Shown in pieces: positions 51,322 to 60,546 of a stretch of 64,000 bases of DNA. Below the pieces are notes generated by a model. That model saw only the letters and a list, made by a program, of their open reading frames with translations, was not told where the DNA came from and searched no databases. The position numbers and the translations under genes are program-made. The first letter of the stretch is position 1; every line of letters begins with the position of its first letter. Origin of the DNA: Opitutales bacterium (GTDB taxonomy: Bacteria; Verrucomicrobiota; Verrucomicrobiia; Opitutales; PNEW01); the NCBI GenBank assembly GCA_965197745.1, contig CBDANS010000007.1:1120001-1184000 (forward strand), in the 5' to 3' direction.

Positions 51322-52242
51322 TTAGAGAAATAGACGTTCAATGGTCCAGTAAGCGCCCGTCAATGCAATAAGAAGGGAAGCGGGAACAATTACGGATTTT
51401 CGGTACCATCTTTTTTTTATAAACCATCCGAGAACCAGGTATGCCAAAGCAATGACCGTTAATTGGCCCCCTTCAACACCTAGATTGAAAGTAAGCAAAG
51501 CGGTTAGAAAATCACGGCGCGGGAGACCGAGTTCGGCGAGCACACCCGCGAATCCTAAGCCATGGAGAAGGCCGAAGATGAATACGATAAAGGGACGCCA
51601 GGGTTTGAGCCGTACCGTGAATAAATTTTCGATAGCAACAAAGACAATCGATAAAGCGATGAGGGGTTCTACAATATCGGAAGAGAGTGAAAGGTAACCG
51701 TAAATGGATAATCCCAGGGTGATCGAATGGGCAATGGTGAATGCCGTAATCTGCCAGACGAGATAACTGAATTTTATACTTAAAAGGAAGAGAGCCAGCA
51801 CAAATAAGATATGATCAAGTCCCTTGGGTAAGATGTGTTCAAATCCAAATAAGAGATAGCGGGTTGCCACTTTAAATCTATTTGGCCGCGATTGAGGGTC
51901 ACTTTCTTTTTCATGAGGAAGGTCGATTACGGGATCGGGTAATTCTTCACTGACATTAATATTCTCAGGTTCAGCGAACGGTTCACTTTCAATAAGCTCG
52001 ATAACTTCGGATTCGGAGGGCTGTTCACTTTCAGTAATCTCTAAAAGTTCGGGTTCAATCTCCTTATTTTTCTCGAGGTCTTCAGGTTGCTCTTGCTTAA
52101 TTATCGCTTCATTTTCAACAACCTCAATCGCGGCACTTTCTTCCTCATAATATATCGGAAAATCGTAGATATCAACAGGGTGGGCCAGGCCCATAAGGGG
52201 AATTTGAATTGCCAACAAATAACCCCAAACAAATTTACTCAT
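51322..52242 (-). CDS. HupE/UreJ-family membrane protein with an acidic low-complexity N-terminal region
   Basis: GFEHILPKGLDHILF, FTIAHSITL, VEPLIALSI, FGLLHGLGFA, FNLGVEGGQ; start ATG 52242. Confidence 0.88.
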   Translation of the reverse strand: MSKFVWGYLLAIQIPLMGLAHPVDIYDFPIYYEEESAAIEVVENEAIIKQEQPEDLEKNKEIEPELLEITESEQPSESEVIELIESEPFAEPENINVSEELPDPVIDLPHEKESDPQSRPNRFKVATRYLLFGFEHILPKGLDHILFVLALFLLSIKFSYLVWQITAFTIAHSITLGLSIYGYLSLSSDIVEPLIALSIVFVAIENLFTVRLKPWRPFIVFIFGLLHGLGFAGVLAELGLPRRDFLTALLTFNLGVEGGQLTVIALAYLVLGWFIKKRWYRKSVIVPASLLIALTGAYWTIERLFL

Positions 52243-52280
52243 CACTGCACCCCCACCCCCACAGCGGTAATTACCGGCTT

Positions 52281-53606
52281 TCATGAAGCAATGAGTTTTA
52301 AAAGCGCTTCCCACCTGTCGCTATAACTGACGGGAATGTCGCGAGCTATTAGTTGTTTAAAATATAGCGTCAATAAGATTACATTCCATACGCAAGCGAT
52401 CGAGGCCAAACCGTATAACGAAATTTTAAAGAGTCGATTTTTATGGTTCCTGTCGATAAGCAAGGCAAAACCGAGCATCGCGAAAAATATCGATGATTCG
52501 AAAGCGCGGTTACCAAAAGAGGAACCAAACCACCAGTTATGCCACGAGGCATTAATGAAGATTATAGTAAGGAGGGAAACAGTCCATGACTTTGGAATAC
52601 TTTTTTCCTTTATAGTATAAAAGATTAAACCTGCCATACCCGCAATGAGCAAGGGGTGCCAGTTGAATAATCCATGATGATGCGAAAATAATATCTTTGC
52701 GATCCTGGGGTGAAGAAAATTAAACGATTCACCTTCATAGGTGTAGATCAGCCATGTGCTGTAAAGTATTTTCCAACATAACAATTGGATAAATACGGTT
52801 ATCAACGCGGGAAATAAAAATACCGTAAGACAATTGAGTTTCTGCCTGGTTTCTATTTCGCTGATGATATAATTTATGATTACAACCGCAGGGAATATTA
52901 AATATACAACAGCCGTGTTTCTGGTGATAACGAGAAGTCCGGAAAAAAAGCCCAGACCCAGCCAATGGCGCCAGCAGGATACTTTATCGAGGATTTTAAA
53001 AGTCAGGTAATAGATAAGGATTGTTAAAAAAAAGACGGTACTGTGGCTCATTGATACGCGCGCGGTCTGGTAATATAAAAGAGGACTGCTCAACCAAATT
53101 AGAAGCATACTCATCCATGCCCTGTTAACGGGCACATATCGGGAAATAATCTTCAACGCGAGGTATAAGCTGGTCACGGAATAACCGATCTGCCCAATCC
53201 ATATGAAAATAAAATAAATCGGTTCAAATCCCGTTGATGGCAAACCGACTACAAGGCTAATTAAATGGGCGAAAATGAAAAAAGGTAAACTGGCAACAGC
53301 CCAGCCCATGGGGTATTTATTAGGCAATAAACCGTTACGCGTACGGGAGCCATTGAGAACAAATTCCTTGGTCTCGGCGTCGATGGTATTGGCCATTTCG
53401 AGCTCATTGTAAAAATCCAGGTCACCGTCAATAACGATGGATCGGAGCCAGAAATAATAAAAACTGTCGTCTATTCCCTGCAGGATAGGTTCCTGCTCGG
53501 GGGTGAACATACCGTAACCTTTATAAACCACGGCATAGAGCGCACATATTACTGCACACACCGTGAGGATCCATATTCCGTAGGGTGTGTCTTTTTTATT
53601 ATTCAT
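52281..53606 (-). CDS. Polytopic membrane glycosyltransferase (GT-C/ArnT-like)
   Basis: DD..YY.WLRSIVIDGDLDF loop after TM1, KYPMG, LFS..HGLF.WHP, WWFGSSFGNR, many TM helices. Confidence 0.75.
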   Translation of the reverse strand: MNNKKDTPYGIWILTVCAVICALYAVVYKGYGMFTPEQEPILQGIDDSFYYFWLRSIVIDGDLDFYNELEMANTIDAETKEFVLNGSRTRNGLLPNKYPMGWAVASLPFFIFAHLISLVVGLPSTGFEPIYFIFIWIGQIGYSVTSLYLALKIISRYVPVNRAWMSMLLIWLSSPLLYYQTARVSMSHSTVFFLTILIYYLTFKILDKVSCWRHWLGLGFFSGLLVITRNTAVVYLIFPAVVIINYIISEIETRQKLNCLTVFLFPALITVFIQLLCWKILYSTWLIYTYEGESFNFLHPRIAKILFSHHHGLFNWHPLLIAGMAGLIFYTIKEKSIPKSWTVSLLTIIFINASWHNWWFGSSFGNRAFESSIFFAMLGFALLIDRNHKNRLFKISLYGLASIACVWNVILLTLYFKQLIARDIPVSYSDRWEALLKLIAS

Positions 53607-53745
53607 CGACTATAATGATCCTCGTTTTTTATCACGTGCTTGTTACTACCTACCTGAATACTGCCTGCCAAGCCATAGTTCAGCGCCACACCTGACGCTT
53701 TCCTGTTAACATTTCTATTTTTTTGTGTTCTGCAACATCCGCACC

Positions 53746-54171
53746 TCAGCTGCTGCCTGCCCATTTCTGAATTTTCTCTTTTATCTTATCTCTGATTTCC
53801 CCTATTTTTTCCAACTTCTCTTCGTCACTGCCCGGAAGTTTTGATGGGTCAGGAAAACTCCAGTGGAGCCTGACACCCGCGCCCGGGACAGAGGGGCATC
53901 TCTCAGCGCTCGTCTCATCACATACGGTGATAAGATAAGCAATGTTCATCACCGTGGTGATAACTTCAGATATACTTTGGGTTTTATTATTTGAAATATC
54001 AATTCCCTCTTCAGCCATTGATTTTACGACCAGTGGGTTTAATACTCCCGGTTCTATTCCCGCGCTGATGGCTTCGAATTGCTCATCATGGAGATAATTC
54101 AGCCATGCTTCTGCCATTTGGCTGCGTGCGCTGTTGTGAATGCAAACAAAGAGTACTTTTTCTTTTGGCAC
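53746..54171 (-). CDS. arsC: Thioredoxin-coupled arsenate reductase (LMW-PTP fold)
   Basis: VCIHNSARSQMAE P-loop, SAG, TVCD...ERCP resolving cysteines, HWSFPDP. Confidence 0.9.
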   Translation of the reverse strand: MPKEKVLFVCIHNSARSQMAEAWLNYLHDEQFEAISAGIEPGVLNPLVVKSMAEEGIDISNNKTQSISEVITTVMNIAYLITVCDETSAERCPSVPGAGVRLHWSFPDPSKLPGSDEEKLEKIGEIRDKIKEKIQKWAGSS

Positions 54172-54377
54172 AATTCCAGGAGAGGTAATGATGAATAAGG
54201 GAGTCTAGTTAAAAAAGATTAACGAACAATGCCAGAAATTATTGTCGCTGAATGGGCACAGGAAGAGTTCGCAATAAAAGGGATAGGGATGCAATTTCCC
54301 TCTTTCACCTATCCTGGATTGGGGATAATGTTGGACACGATTGCGTTAGCCGGGTAGAGTTGAAGAGAAAAATTGAT

Positions 54378-54959
54378 ATGGGAAAAATAACTTATTATTT
54401 TAAGCGTGCTGTTCCTTTATTTATAGTGGGATTGCTCAGCCTTCCTTCCGGCGCTGCCTACGCGCATCACGGGGGAAAAGTACACATATCACCCTATCGT
54501 AAACTTTATGTGAGAATTATTGACAACTCGAGTATTGGTTCTGATGGCAGTTTCGGCTCGGAATTATCAGAACTTGATCGGTATCGATTCATGAGTGAGG
54601 CGATAACGACTGTTTTTGAAAGTAAAGAATACCCGGTTGCCTTAAAGTTCGTGCGCTTTGGCAAAGATATCCCTCCGGATGAAAACGTCCTCACGATCTC
54701 TATATACCGTTGGACGCTCAACCGTATCGGTGAATATGAGACGCGGTTTTTTGCAAAGATAAAGTCACGAAAAGGTAAGGTCGATCTTGGCTCCTTTACC
54801 GGACGCTATATTGCTGTCAATCTTGCCGATAGAGAAAAGGTGATCAATAACTTTAAAGCCTCAGCCGGAAAAGCCCTGGAAAAACTCTATCCTGAAATAC
54901 GGGTGCGCACCCTCCCCGGGAAAACGAGAACGCTCCGGGATAGCTACGAAATTAACTAG
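54378..54959 (+). CDS. Hypothetical secreted protein
   Basis: Signal peptide ending AAYA from ATG 54378; no family recognised. Confidence 0.65.
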   Translation: MGKITYYFKRAVPLFIVGLLSLPSGAAYAHHGGKVHISPYRKLYVRIIDNSSIGSDGSFGSELSELDRYRFMSEAITTVFESKEYPVALKFVRFGKDIPPDENVLTISIYRWTLNRIGEYETRFFAKIKSRKGKVDLGSFTGRYIAVNLADREKVINNFKASAGKALEKLYPEIRVRTLPGKTRTLRDSYEIN

Positions 54960-55062
54960 TGACAAGAAGCATCACTCGTCATTCCGCAGTGCGAGACCAT
55001 GACAGAGATTGGCAAGAGACATTAAGAGGTTATAGTCCGATTCTGATATCGAGTAATAAAAT

Positions 55063-55271
55063 GGAGGGCCACGCTCCGTCGTGGCCGTCTCAATCCGAGA
55101 ACGAAGACGAAGATTATTATTCATCAACATTCCCATTGCTTGCGCAATGGGCTAATTATGTGTTGCCCCTCCGGGGTTTCGTCGTTAAGATAATCATACA
55201 TCTAAGCGGACGCGACGGAGCGCGTCCCTCCAAAAAATATACCTCCGGAGGGTCACGCGTCGTCGTGACCG
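55063..55271. repeat. REP cluster with three family A copies
   Basis: GGAGGGCCACGCTCCGTCGTGGCCG (55063-55087, +), 55207-55231 (-), TCCGGAGGGTCACGCGTCGTCGTGACCG (55244-55271, +). Confidence 0.85.
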
Positions 55272-55431
55272 TATAAGAAGATTGATTATCATTTGCGCTA
55301 CAGCAGGTGTGCATCAATGGTAATATCTACCACATCTTATTGCCATTCCTATTAGAACCTTTACACCGTTCTCGCCGATGCAGTTTCAGAAAAAACTATC
55401 TGGATGAATCACATACTTTAACGCTAACCGC

Positions 55432-56016
55432 TTACTCCTCTGCCGGTTCTTCGTCTGTTTCAGCCATTTGCTCAGCCGCTTTGTGTATCTCTTCTGCGGC
55501 CTCCTCTATGTCCTGAACAGCTTCCTGGGCGGCGGCCTCGGCATCCTGAGCCATTTCTGTAGCGGCTTCATGCATCTCCTCAGCCATAGCTTGCACAGCG
55601 TTGACGGATTCCATGGCGGGAGCCATCTCCTCGACAGCCTCCTCGACGGCTGCTGCTTCCGCCGTTACCGTTTCAGCCATTTGCTCAGCCGCTTTGTGCA
55701 TCTCTTCCGCGGCCTGCTCTATGTCCTGTACAGCTTCTTGAGCGGTGGCCTCGGCATCCTGAGCCATTTCAGTAGCGGCTTCACGCATCTCCTCTGCGGC
55801 CTGGTGCATCTCTTCAACAGCTTCATGCATTTCTTCCATAGCGTCATCGGTAGCTGATTTTACCATCGATTCAACACTTGGCGGGGCTTCGGCTGCTGGC
55901 ATCGCTTTTTCAGTGGTGGCGGGTTCTTCGGTCACTTCCGTTTTTTTCTGACAGCTCACTAAAATGACAAAGAAAAGGGCCGTCATTCCCGCGAATAAAT
56001 ATTTAATTTTACTCAT
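55432..56016 (-). CDS. Ala/Glu/Met-rich helical lipoprotein with heptad repeats and an internal duplication
   Basis: Lipobox LVSC; EEMHEAV-EEMHQAA-EEMREAA heptads; a 42-aa block is duplicated at 213-nt spacing. Confidence 0.85.
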   Translation of the reverse strand: MSKIKYLFAGMTALFFVILVSCQKKTEVTEEPATTEKAMPAAEAPPSVESMVKSATDDAMEEMHEAVEEMHQAAEEMREAATEMAQDAEATAQEAVQDIEQAAEEMHKAAEQMAETVTAEAAAVEEAVEEMAPAMESVNAVQAMAEEMHEAATEMAQDAEAAAQEAVQDIEEAAEEIHKAAEQMAETDEEPAEE

Positions 56017-56068
56017 AACATTCTCCTTAAAACAGATTGGTTAATTTTACTGGGGCACCCCATACCAC

Positions 56069-56096
56069 AATGTAAAAGGGAGTGGAGTATTGTCAA
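56069..56096 (-). promoter_or_regulatory. Sigma-70-type promoter for the repeat lipoprotein
   Basis: Minus strand TTGACA-N16-TACATT about 50 nt upstream of the ATG, with an AAGGAG RBS. Confidence 0.55.
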
Positions 56097-56297
56097 TGGG
56101 GGGATTGCAATGGTGTAATTCAAGACACAAAGCATAACTACGCCTAAAAAATAATACTCCCAATATCCGTAAAATCAGGGGAGGAGGATTTGCTTGCCAC
56201 TTAATCTATCAAAAGCATAGTGATCAACGGAATGAGTCGGGCTTTCAGTAATGGCAGGTGCGCGCGCTTATTTTTTTTCGGTGAATTATAATTTCAG

Positions 56298-56373
56298 GCG
56301 GGAGTAGCTCAGTGGATAGAGCAGCGGTCTTCTAAACCGAAGGTCGGGAGTTCGAATCTCCCCTCCCGTGCCA
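56298..56373 (+). tRNA. tRNA-Arg (TCT)
   Basis: GCGGGAG/CTCCCGT acceptor stem, anticodon loop CTTCTAA, GTTCGAATC T-loop, encoded CCA; 76 nt. Confidence 0.96.
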
Positions 56374-56422
56374 AACTAAGGGAAAAAGCAGAAGCCGCCC
56401 ATCGGGGAAAAGGTTTTATCAG

Positions 56423-57718
56423 ATGATTAGCGCATCGATAATAGAAGTGCTTCGTAAACGGAATTTCCGTCTGCTTTGGATGGGTCAAGGGGCGACGCAA
56501 ATAGGAAGTGCCATAGATATAATTGCCTTGCCCTGGCTGGTGCTGAAATTAACAGGTGATGCTTTTGCCATGGGCACGGTTCTTGCCGTTTGGGGGATAC
56601 CGCGTGCTGTATTTATCTTGGTGGGTGGGGCTTTAACGGATCGCATGTCGCCACGTCTGGTTATGATCGTAGCTGATTTATTGCGAATGGGTTTAGTTTT
56701 ATTGATGGCGATACTCGTTCTGGCTGAATCTGTTGAACTATGGATGATTTACGTTTTTGCCTTTATGGTGGGATTGACGAGTGCCTTTTTAATCCCGGCT
56801 CGATCGGCGATTGTTCCATTCATAGTCGATACTGAACACCTTCAATCCGCAAACTCGGTAATCATGGGAACGGCTCATGTCTGCCATCTTATCGGTCCCG
56901 TATTGGCGGGTATTACGATCAGCTTTTTTGGAGATAAGAGCATGCTATCCAGTAATGCATCTGAAGTTTTGCCCGAAGCTCTGGGAATAGGTATCGTTTT
57001 TCTGGTCCAGGCGAGCACGAATCTGATTTCAGTTCTAACGCTATGGATGATGAAAATCGAAATCTTGCGGGATAAAACGGATGAACATAAGAATGTGTGG
57101 TCATCTATCAGCACTGGATTTATGACAATGTGGAAAGATGTTACTTTACGCGCATGGTTTTTTATTATCGTGGCTCTCAGTCTTCTCTTTAATGGTCCCA
57201 TAGTGATTGGAATACCGGTCCTTGCGGACACACGCTTTCCTGAAGGATCAACGGCATTTGGGGTCATCATGTCCGCAGCTGGCGCAGGTGGTTTAACGGG
57301 CACTCTCCTTGCGGGGGTATTACCGAGACCCGGGCCCCGGTGGCTTGGCTCAACGTTAACCCTGCTCATAGGCTTGCATGGAATAGGGTTGATATTGCTT
57401 AGCAGTGTTTATTCAACACTCATGGCCGCAATGATAACACTGGTTATGAGCATGGCAGATGGATACGTATATATCATGTTTATTTCATGGGTGCAAAGAC
57501 GCACTCCGAGAGAAATAATGGGGCGTATTATGAGTCTGATAATGCTTGCGAATTTTGGAGTGCAACCTGTTTCACAGGCCCTTGCCGGAGCCGTTGTCGC
57601 CTTCAACACAAATTTATTATTTATAGGGTCGGGCAGCCTCCCCATCGTATTCATGTTAATCTATTCTCTCAAACCCGCGGTACGGGCGATGGGGATAGCA
57701 AGCGATGACAAAATATAA
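56423..57718 (+). CDS. MFS transporter (MFS_3/DHA3-like)
   Basis: RNFRLLWMGQ, GGALTDRMSPR motif A, 12 TM pattern, MGRIMS. Confidence 0.92.
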   Translation: MISASIIEVLRKRNFRLLWMGQGATQIGSAIDIIALPWLVLKLTGDAFAMGTVLAVWGIPRAVFILVGGALTDRMSPRLVMIVADLLRMGLVLLMAILVLAESVELWMIYVFAFMVGLTSAFLIPARSAIVPFIVDTEHLQSANSVIMGTAHVCHLIGPVLAGITISFFGDKSMLSSNASEVLPEALGIGIVFLVQASTNLISVLTLWMMKIEILRDKTDEHKNVWSSISTGFMTMWKDVTLRAWFFIIVALSLLFNGPIVIGIPVLADTRFPEGSTAFGVIMSAAGAGGLTGTLLAGVLPRPGPRWLGSTLTLLIGLHGIGLILLSSVYSTLMAAMITLVMSMADGYVYIMFISWVQRRTPREIMGRIMSLIMLANFGVQPVSQALAGAVVAFNTNLLFIGSGSLPIVFMLIYSLKPAVRAMGIASDDKI

Positions 57719-57806
57719 ACGGTCTTTTCCCACCAGCGATCAGACTAAGATAAAATTTTCTCATAGGGGTTGACTCAAATTATACTGCCTCTCAAGGTGC
57801 GGGTCT

Positions 57807-59153
57807 ATGAACAAATTTAAAATAGCCGATCCTAACTTTCCACTTATTCAGCTACCCGGAGAATTTGATACTCGTCGCATTACAATGCACGGTGATCTTC
57901 TGCAGGGAGAGGAAGTTGAAATCATCAATGCCAAGGGTCCCGGGTGTATCCGACACTTCTGGCTCACCCTCTCCATCAGTAATGAGACGGAGCTGGAGAT
58001 CAATTGCGATGAGGAAAGCGATCCCCAGGTTAAAATGAAGTTGAATCAATTCTTTGGCGTGCTCTTGGGACAAACACCCTATCGAATTGAGTCTGCGCCC
58101 ATTAAGCTGCTGCCGAAAAGCGGCTATAATTGTTACCTGCCGATACCATTCAGTTCATCCTGCAGAATAGTATTACGCAATCCCGGAGAGGATAAGACTC
58201 ATTACTGGACCATGGCGAACTGGCATTGTTATGACAAGGACGAGGCGATTACACCCTATCGCCTTCATGCTGACTTTCGTGTTGAATCACCGGCGCCGCC
58301 ACAAAGTTCATACCTCGTGGGCGATGTCAGCGGACGTGGATTTATCGCGGGGCTTTTCAAGGGAATTCGTAAACAGGACCAAAGCGATCTCATCTATCAC
58401 ACCGGGAGCGATCTCTGGATGATCGATGGGGAAGTGAATCCTCATGTCATGCGAGGGATCGGTATCGAAGACACCTTTGGGCAATCGTTTGGCTACTTTA
58501 AGGATAGCAGCCAGTGGTCCGGCTGTCCCTATGAAGAGAGTTGGGGAGGGCACACGGCAACCGAAGGGGTGGTCTACCGCTTCTTTGGGGTAGATACCCT
58601 GTCCTTTAAATCATCCCTTGTCTTGAGATTTGGGGCCCTTGCCAACCATACAGAAAGCGTATTGTATACCTACCTCGATCGGGAGTGTGAGGCGATTGAA
58701 GTCGAGAGCCCAAAGTCGTGGACTTTAACCGGACCCTTTGATTGCGATACGATCGAGGATTTTGAACGGGAGGAATTCTCTGAAAGGGCGCGTGGCGACT
58801 GGCCCGAGGACCGGGAGTGGGGCGAACGCCGCTTTCCCCCTCTGGAAATCGATTCCGAACACGCCTGGTTAGACTTTACCCGCTACTTCCGATGCACGGC
58901 TCAAAGCAAAAAGGGCATGCAGCTTCATCATGTCTCGGCTTACGCGCACACGACGATCACTTCAGAGTCGCAATGCCAAAAAATAATGCGTTTAGGTTTT
59001 GATGACTGGCTGAAGCTATGGGTCAATGGAAAACCCGTGACAACGGTGCGGCATGATAATGGATTCGCTGTTCAGGAGGTACCGATAACCCTGGAAAAAG
59101 GTAATAACGAAGTTCTCATTAAGTTGAGTAATTTCGATAATATCGAGTGGTGA
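57807..59153 (+). CDS. DUF2961 (GH172-like) protein with a C-terminal jelly-roll domain; may extend to 59195 through TGA
   Basis: GPGCIRHFWLT, YNCYLPIPFSSSCRI, G.GIEDTFG, YRFF..D...F.SSL, GFDDWLKLWVNG...LEKGNNEVLIK. Confidence 0.8.
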   Translation: MNKFKIADPNFPLIQLPGEFDTRRITMHGDLLQGEEVEIINAKGPGCIRHFWLTLSISNETELEINCDEESDPQVKMKLNQFFGVLLGQTPYRIESAPIKLLPKSGYNCYLPIPFSSSCRIVLRNPGEDKTHYWTMANWHCYDKDEAITPYRLHADFRVESPAPPQSSYLVGDVSGRGFIAGLFKGIRKQDQSDLIYHTGSDLWMIDGEVNPHVMRGIGIEDTFGQSFGYFKDSSQWSGCPYEESWGGHTATEGVVYRFFGVDTLSFKSSLVLRFGALANHTESVLYTYLDRECEAIEVESPKSWTLTGPFDCDTIEDFEREEFSERARGDWPEDREWGERRFPPLEIDSEHAWLDFTRYFRCTAQSKKGMQLHHVSAYAHTTITSESQCQKIMRLGFDDWLKLWVNGKPVTTVRHDNGFAVQEVPITLEKGNNEVLIKLSNFDNIEW

Positions 59154-59243
59154 TGCTGGGCTTTCAACCTGGTAGTAGAAAGTGATAAGGGCTAAAGAAT
59201 CAGGCCGAAGGTTAAAAGCCAATAGTCATAGGTCGAACAGGTA

Positions 59244-59729
59244 ATGCGATTATTACTTATACTTACTTTAATCGCAGGAATATTTATTCAAGCGTATTAT
59301 TATTCGGAATTGCCGGATTACGTTGCCAATAATTTCGGAAACAACGGTGAACCCAATAGTTGGATGTCCCGGGAATGGCATATGGGCATAGCCATTGCGA
59401 TATATCTCATGAATTCATTATTATTTCTCTCCACACCCCTGATCTTTAGAAAAATACCTGTTAAATATATAAACTTTCCGGAAAAAGAATTTTGGCTGGC
59501 TGATGAAAGAAAAACAGAAAGTATCCAACTCATGTCGAGCTGGTTGGCATTTTTTGGCCTGGCCACAAATGTCTTTGTCATTCTGGTTTCACATCTCGTC
59601 TACGAAGCAAATATTTCTGACCCCGTTAAATTAAACGAATCGATGTTTTTCACAGTAATACTACTATTTATAATCGTTATTATAACGTGGATAATATTAC
59701 TTTTTAAACGATTTAAGAAAATCGCCTGA
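59244..59729 (+). CDS. DUF1648-domain membrane protein
   Basis: Y.ELPDYVA..F...GEPNSW, INFP.KEFW, 4 TM helices. Confidence 0.8.
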   Translation: MRLLLILTLIAGIFIQAYYYSELPDYVANNFGNNGEPNSWMSREWHMGIAIAIYLMNSLLFLSTPLIFRKIPVKYINFPEKEFWLADERKTESIQLMSSWLAFFGLATNVFVILVSHLVYEANISDPVKLNESMFFTVILLFIIVIITWIILLFKRFKKIA

Positions 59730-59760
59730 CAGTGAAAATAAACCCCAGTGAAGATCTAAA

Positions 59761-60153
59761 ATGAAAAGTACCGGTATAACCTATTTGCTCTTAGTGCTGA
59801 TTGTTATTGTCGCAGGATGCGCGGACCGTGACACCACAGCTCCTCTTGTCGTCAATACCTTCCCCTCAAATGGGAGCCGGGACATTAACCCCTCGATAAG
59901 TGAAATAGCGGTAACTTTCAATGAGGCAATGATGGATGGGAATTGGTCCTGGGCATACACGAATATAAACGAATTCCCAGAGATGAAAGGAGATCCCTAC
60001 TTTACGGAAGACTTCACTAAAAATATATTGCCGGTAAAATTGGAGCCGAATAGAGAATATATTATCTGGATAAACAGCGAAAAGTTTCAAAATTTTAAAG
60101 ATCGGAGTGGCAACCCGCTCGCTCCTTACAAGTTTACCTTTAAGACTAAATAG
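59761..60153 (+). CDS. Ig-like (Big_5) domain lipoprotein
   Basis: Lipobox VAGC, DTTAPLVVNTFPSNG, VTFNEAM, LEPNREY, KDRSGNPL...FTFKT. Confidence 0.85.
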   Translation: MKSTGITYLLLVLIVIVAGCADRDTTAPLVVNTFPSNGSRDINPSISEIAVTFNEAMMDGNWSWAYTNINEFPEMKGDPYFTEDFTKNILPVKLEPNREYIIWINSEKFQNFKDRSGNPLAPYKFTFKTK

Positions 60154-60204
60154 GGTTCCTTGACGGACGCCATTATTCGGCGCTCCGTGGACTATGACCG
60201 GGGA

Positions 60205-60425
60205 TGTGTCGCCCCTCTGGGGCTACGTTTTAAACTATTATTTTTTACCCACAGCTTCCGCTGTGGGCTACGATTGTCACACCCCTCCGGGGTTGATTTA
60301 ATAGGGAGGGACGTGCTCCGTCGCGTCCGTAACCATCATATTAAAGCGGCCAAGACAGAGCGTGACCCTTCAGAAGAAAATGAAAAAAGGGCGTCTCCCG
60401 CAGTTGCGGGATCCTCGCAATGACA
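60205..60425. repeat. Mosaic REP cluster: GCCCCTCTGGGGC/CCCACAGC-type unit, family A doublet and family B end
   Basis: GCCCCTCTGGGGC...CCCACAGCTTCCGCTGTGGG...CCCCTCCGGGG; family A copies at 60305-60329 (+) and 60347-60371 (-); CCCGCAGTTGCGGGATCCTCGCAATGACA at 60397-60425. Confidence 0.8.
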
Positions 60426-60451
60426 ATGGAAAAATTCAATCAACTATTGAT

Positions 60452-60546
60452 AATCGCTACCAAGGGCCGTGCCCGGCATTTTACAAATCGACAATCGCAA
60501 ATCGTTACCGAGGGCCATGCCCGACATCTTGCAATTCGACAATTGC
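60452..60546. repeat. Imperfect 48-bp tandem duplication with AATCG heptamers
   Basis: AATCGCTACCAAGGGCCGTGCCCGGCATTTTACAAATCGACAATCGC versus AATCGTTACCGAGGGCCATGCCCGACATCTTGCAATTCGACAATTGC. Confidence 0.75.

Noticed and set aside
54959..55276. 105-aa ORF (also 60160-60423, 31931-32242, 44604-44864)
   Set aside because: These ORFs run through REP or repeat DNA and their translations are repeat-derived, not protein-like.
56298..60546. tRNA-Arg-anchored genomic island
   Set aside because: No integrase, and I found no duplicated tRNA 3' end (attR) downstream; the accessory-looking genes alone are insufficient.
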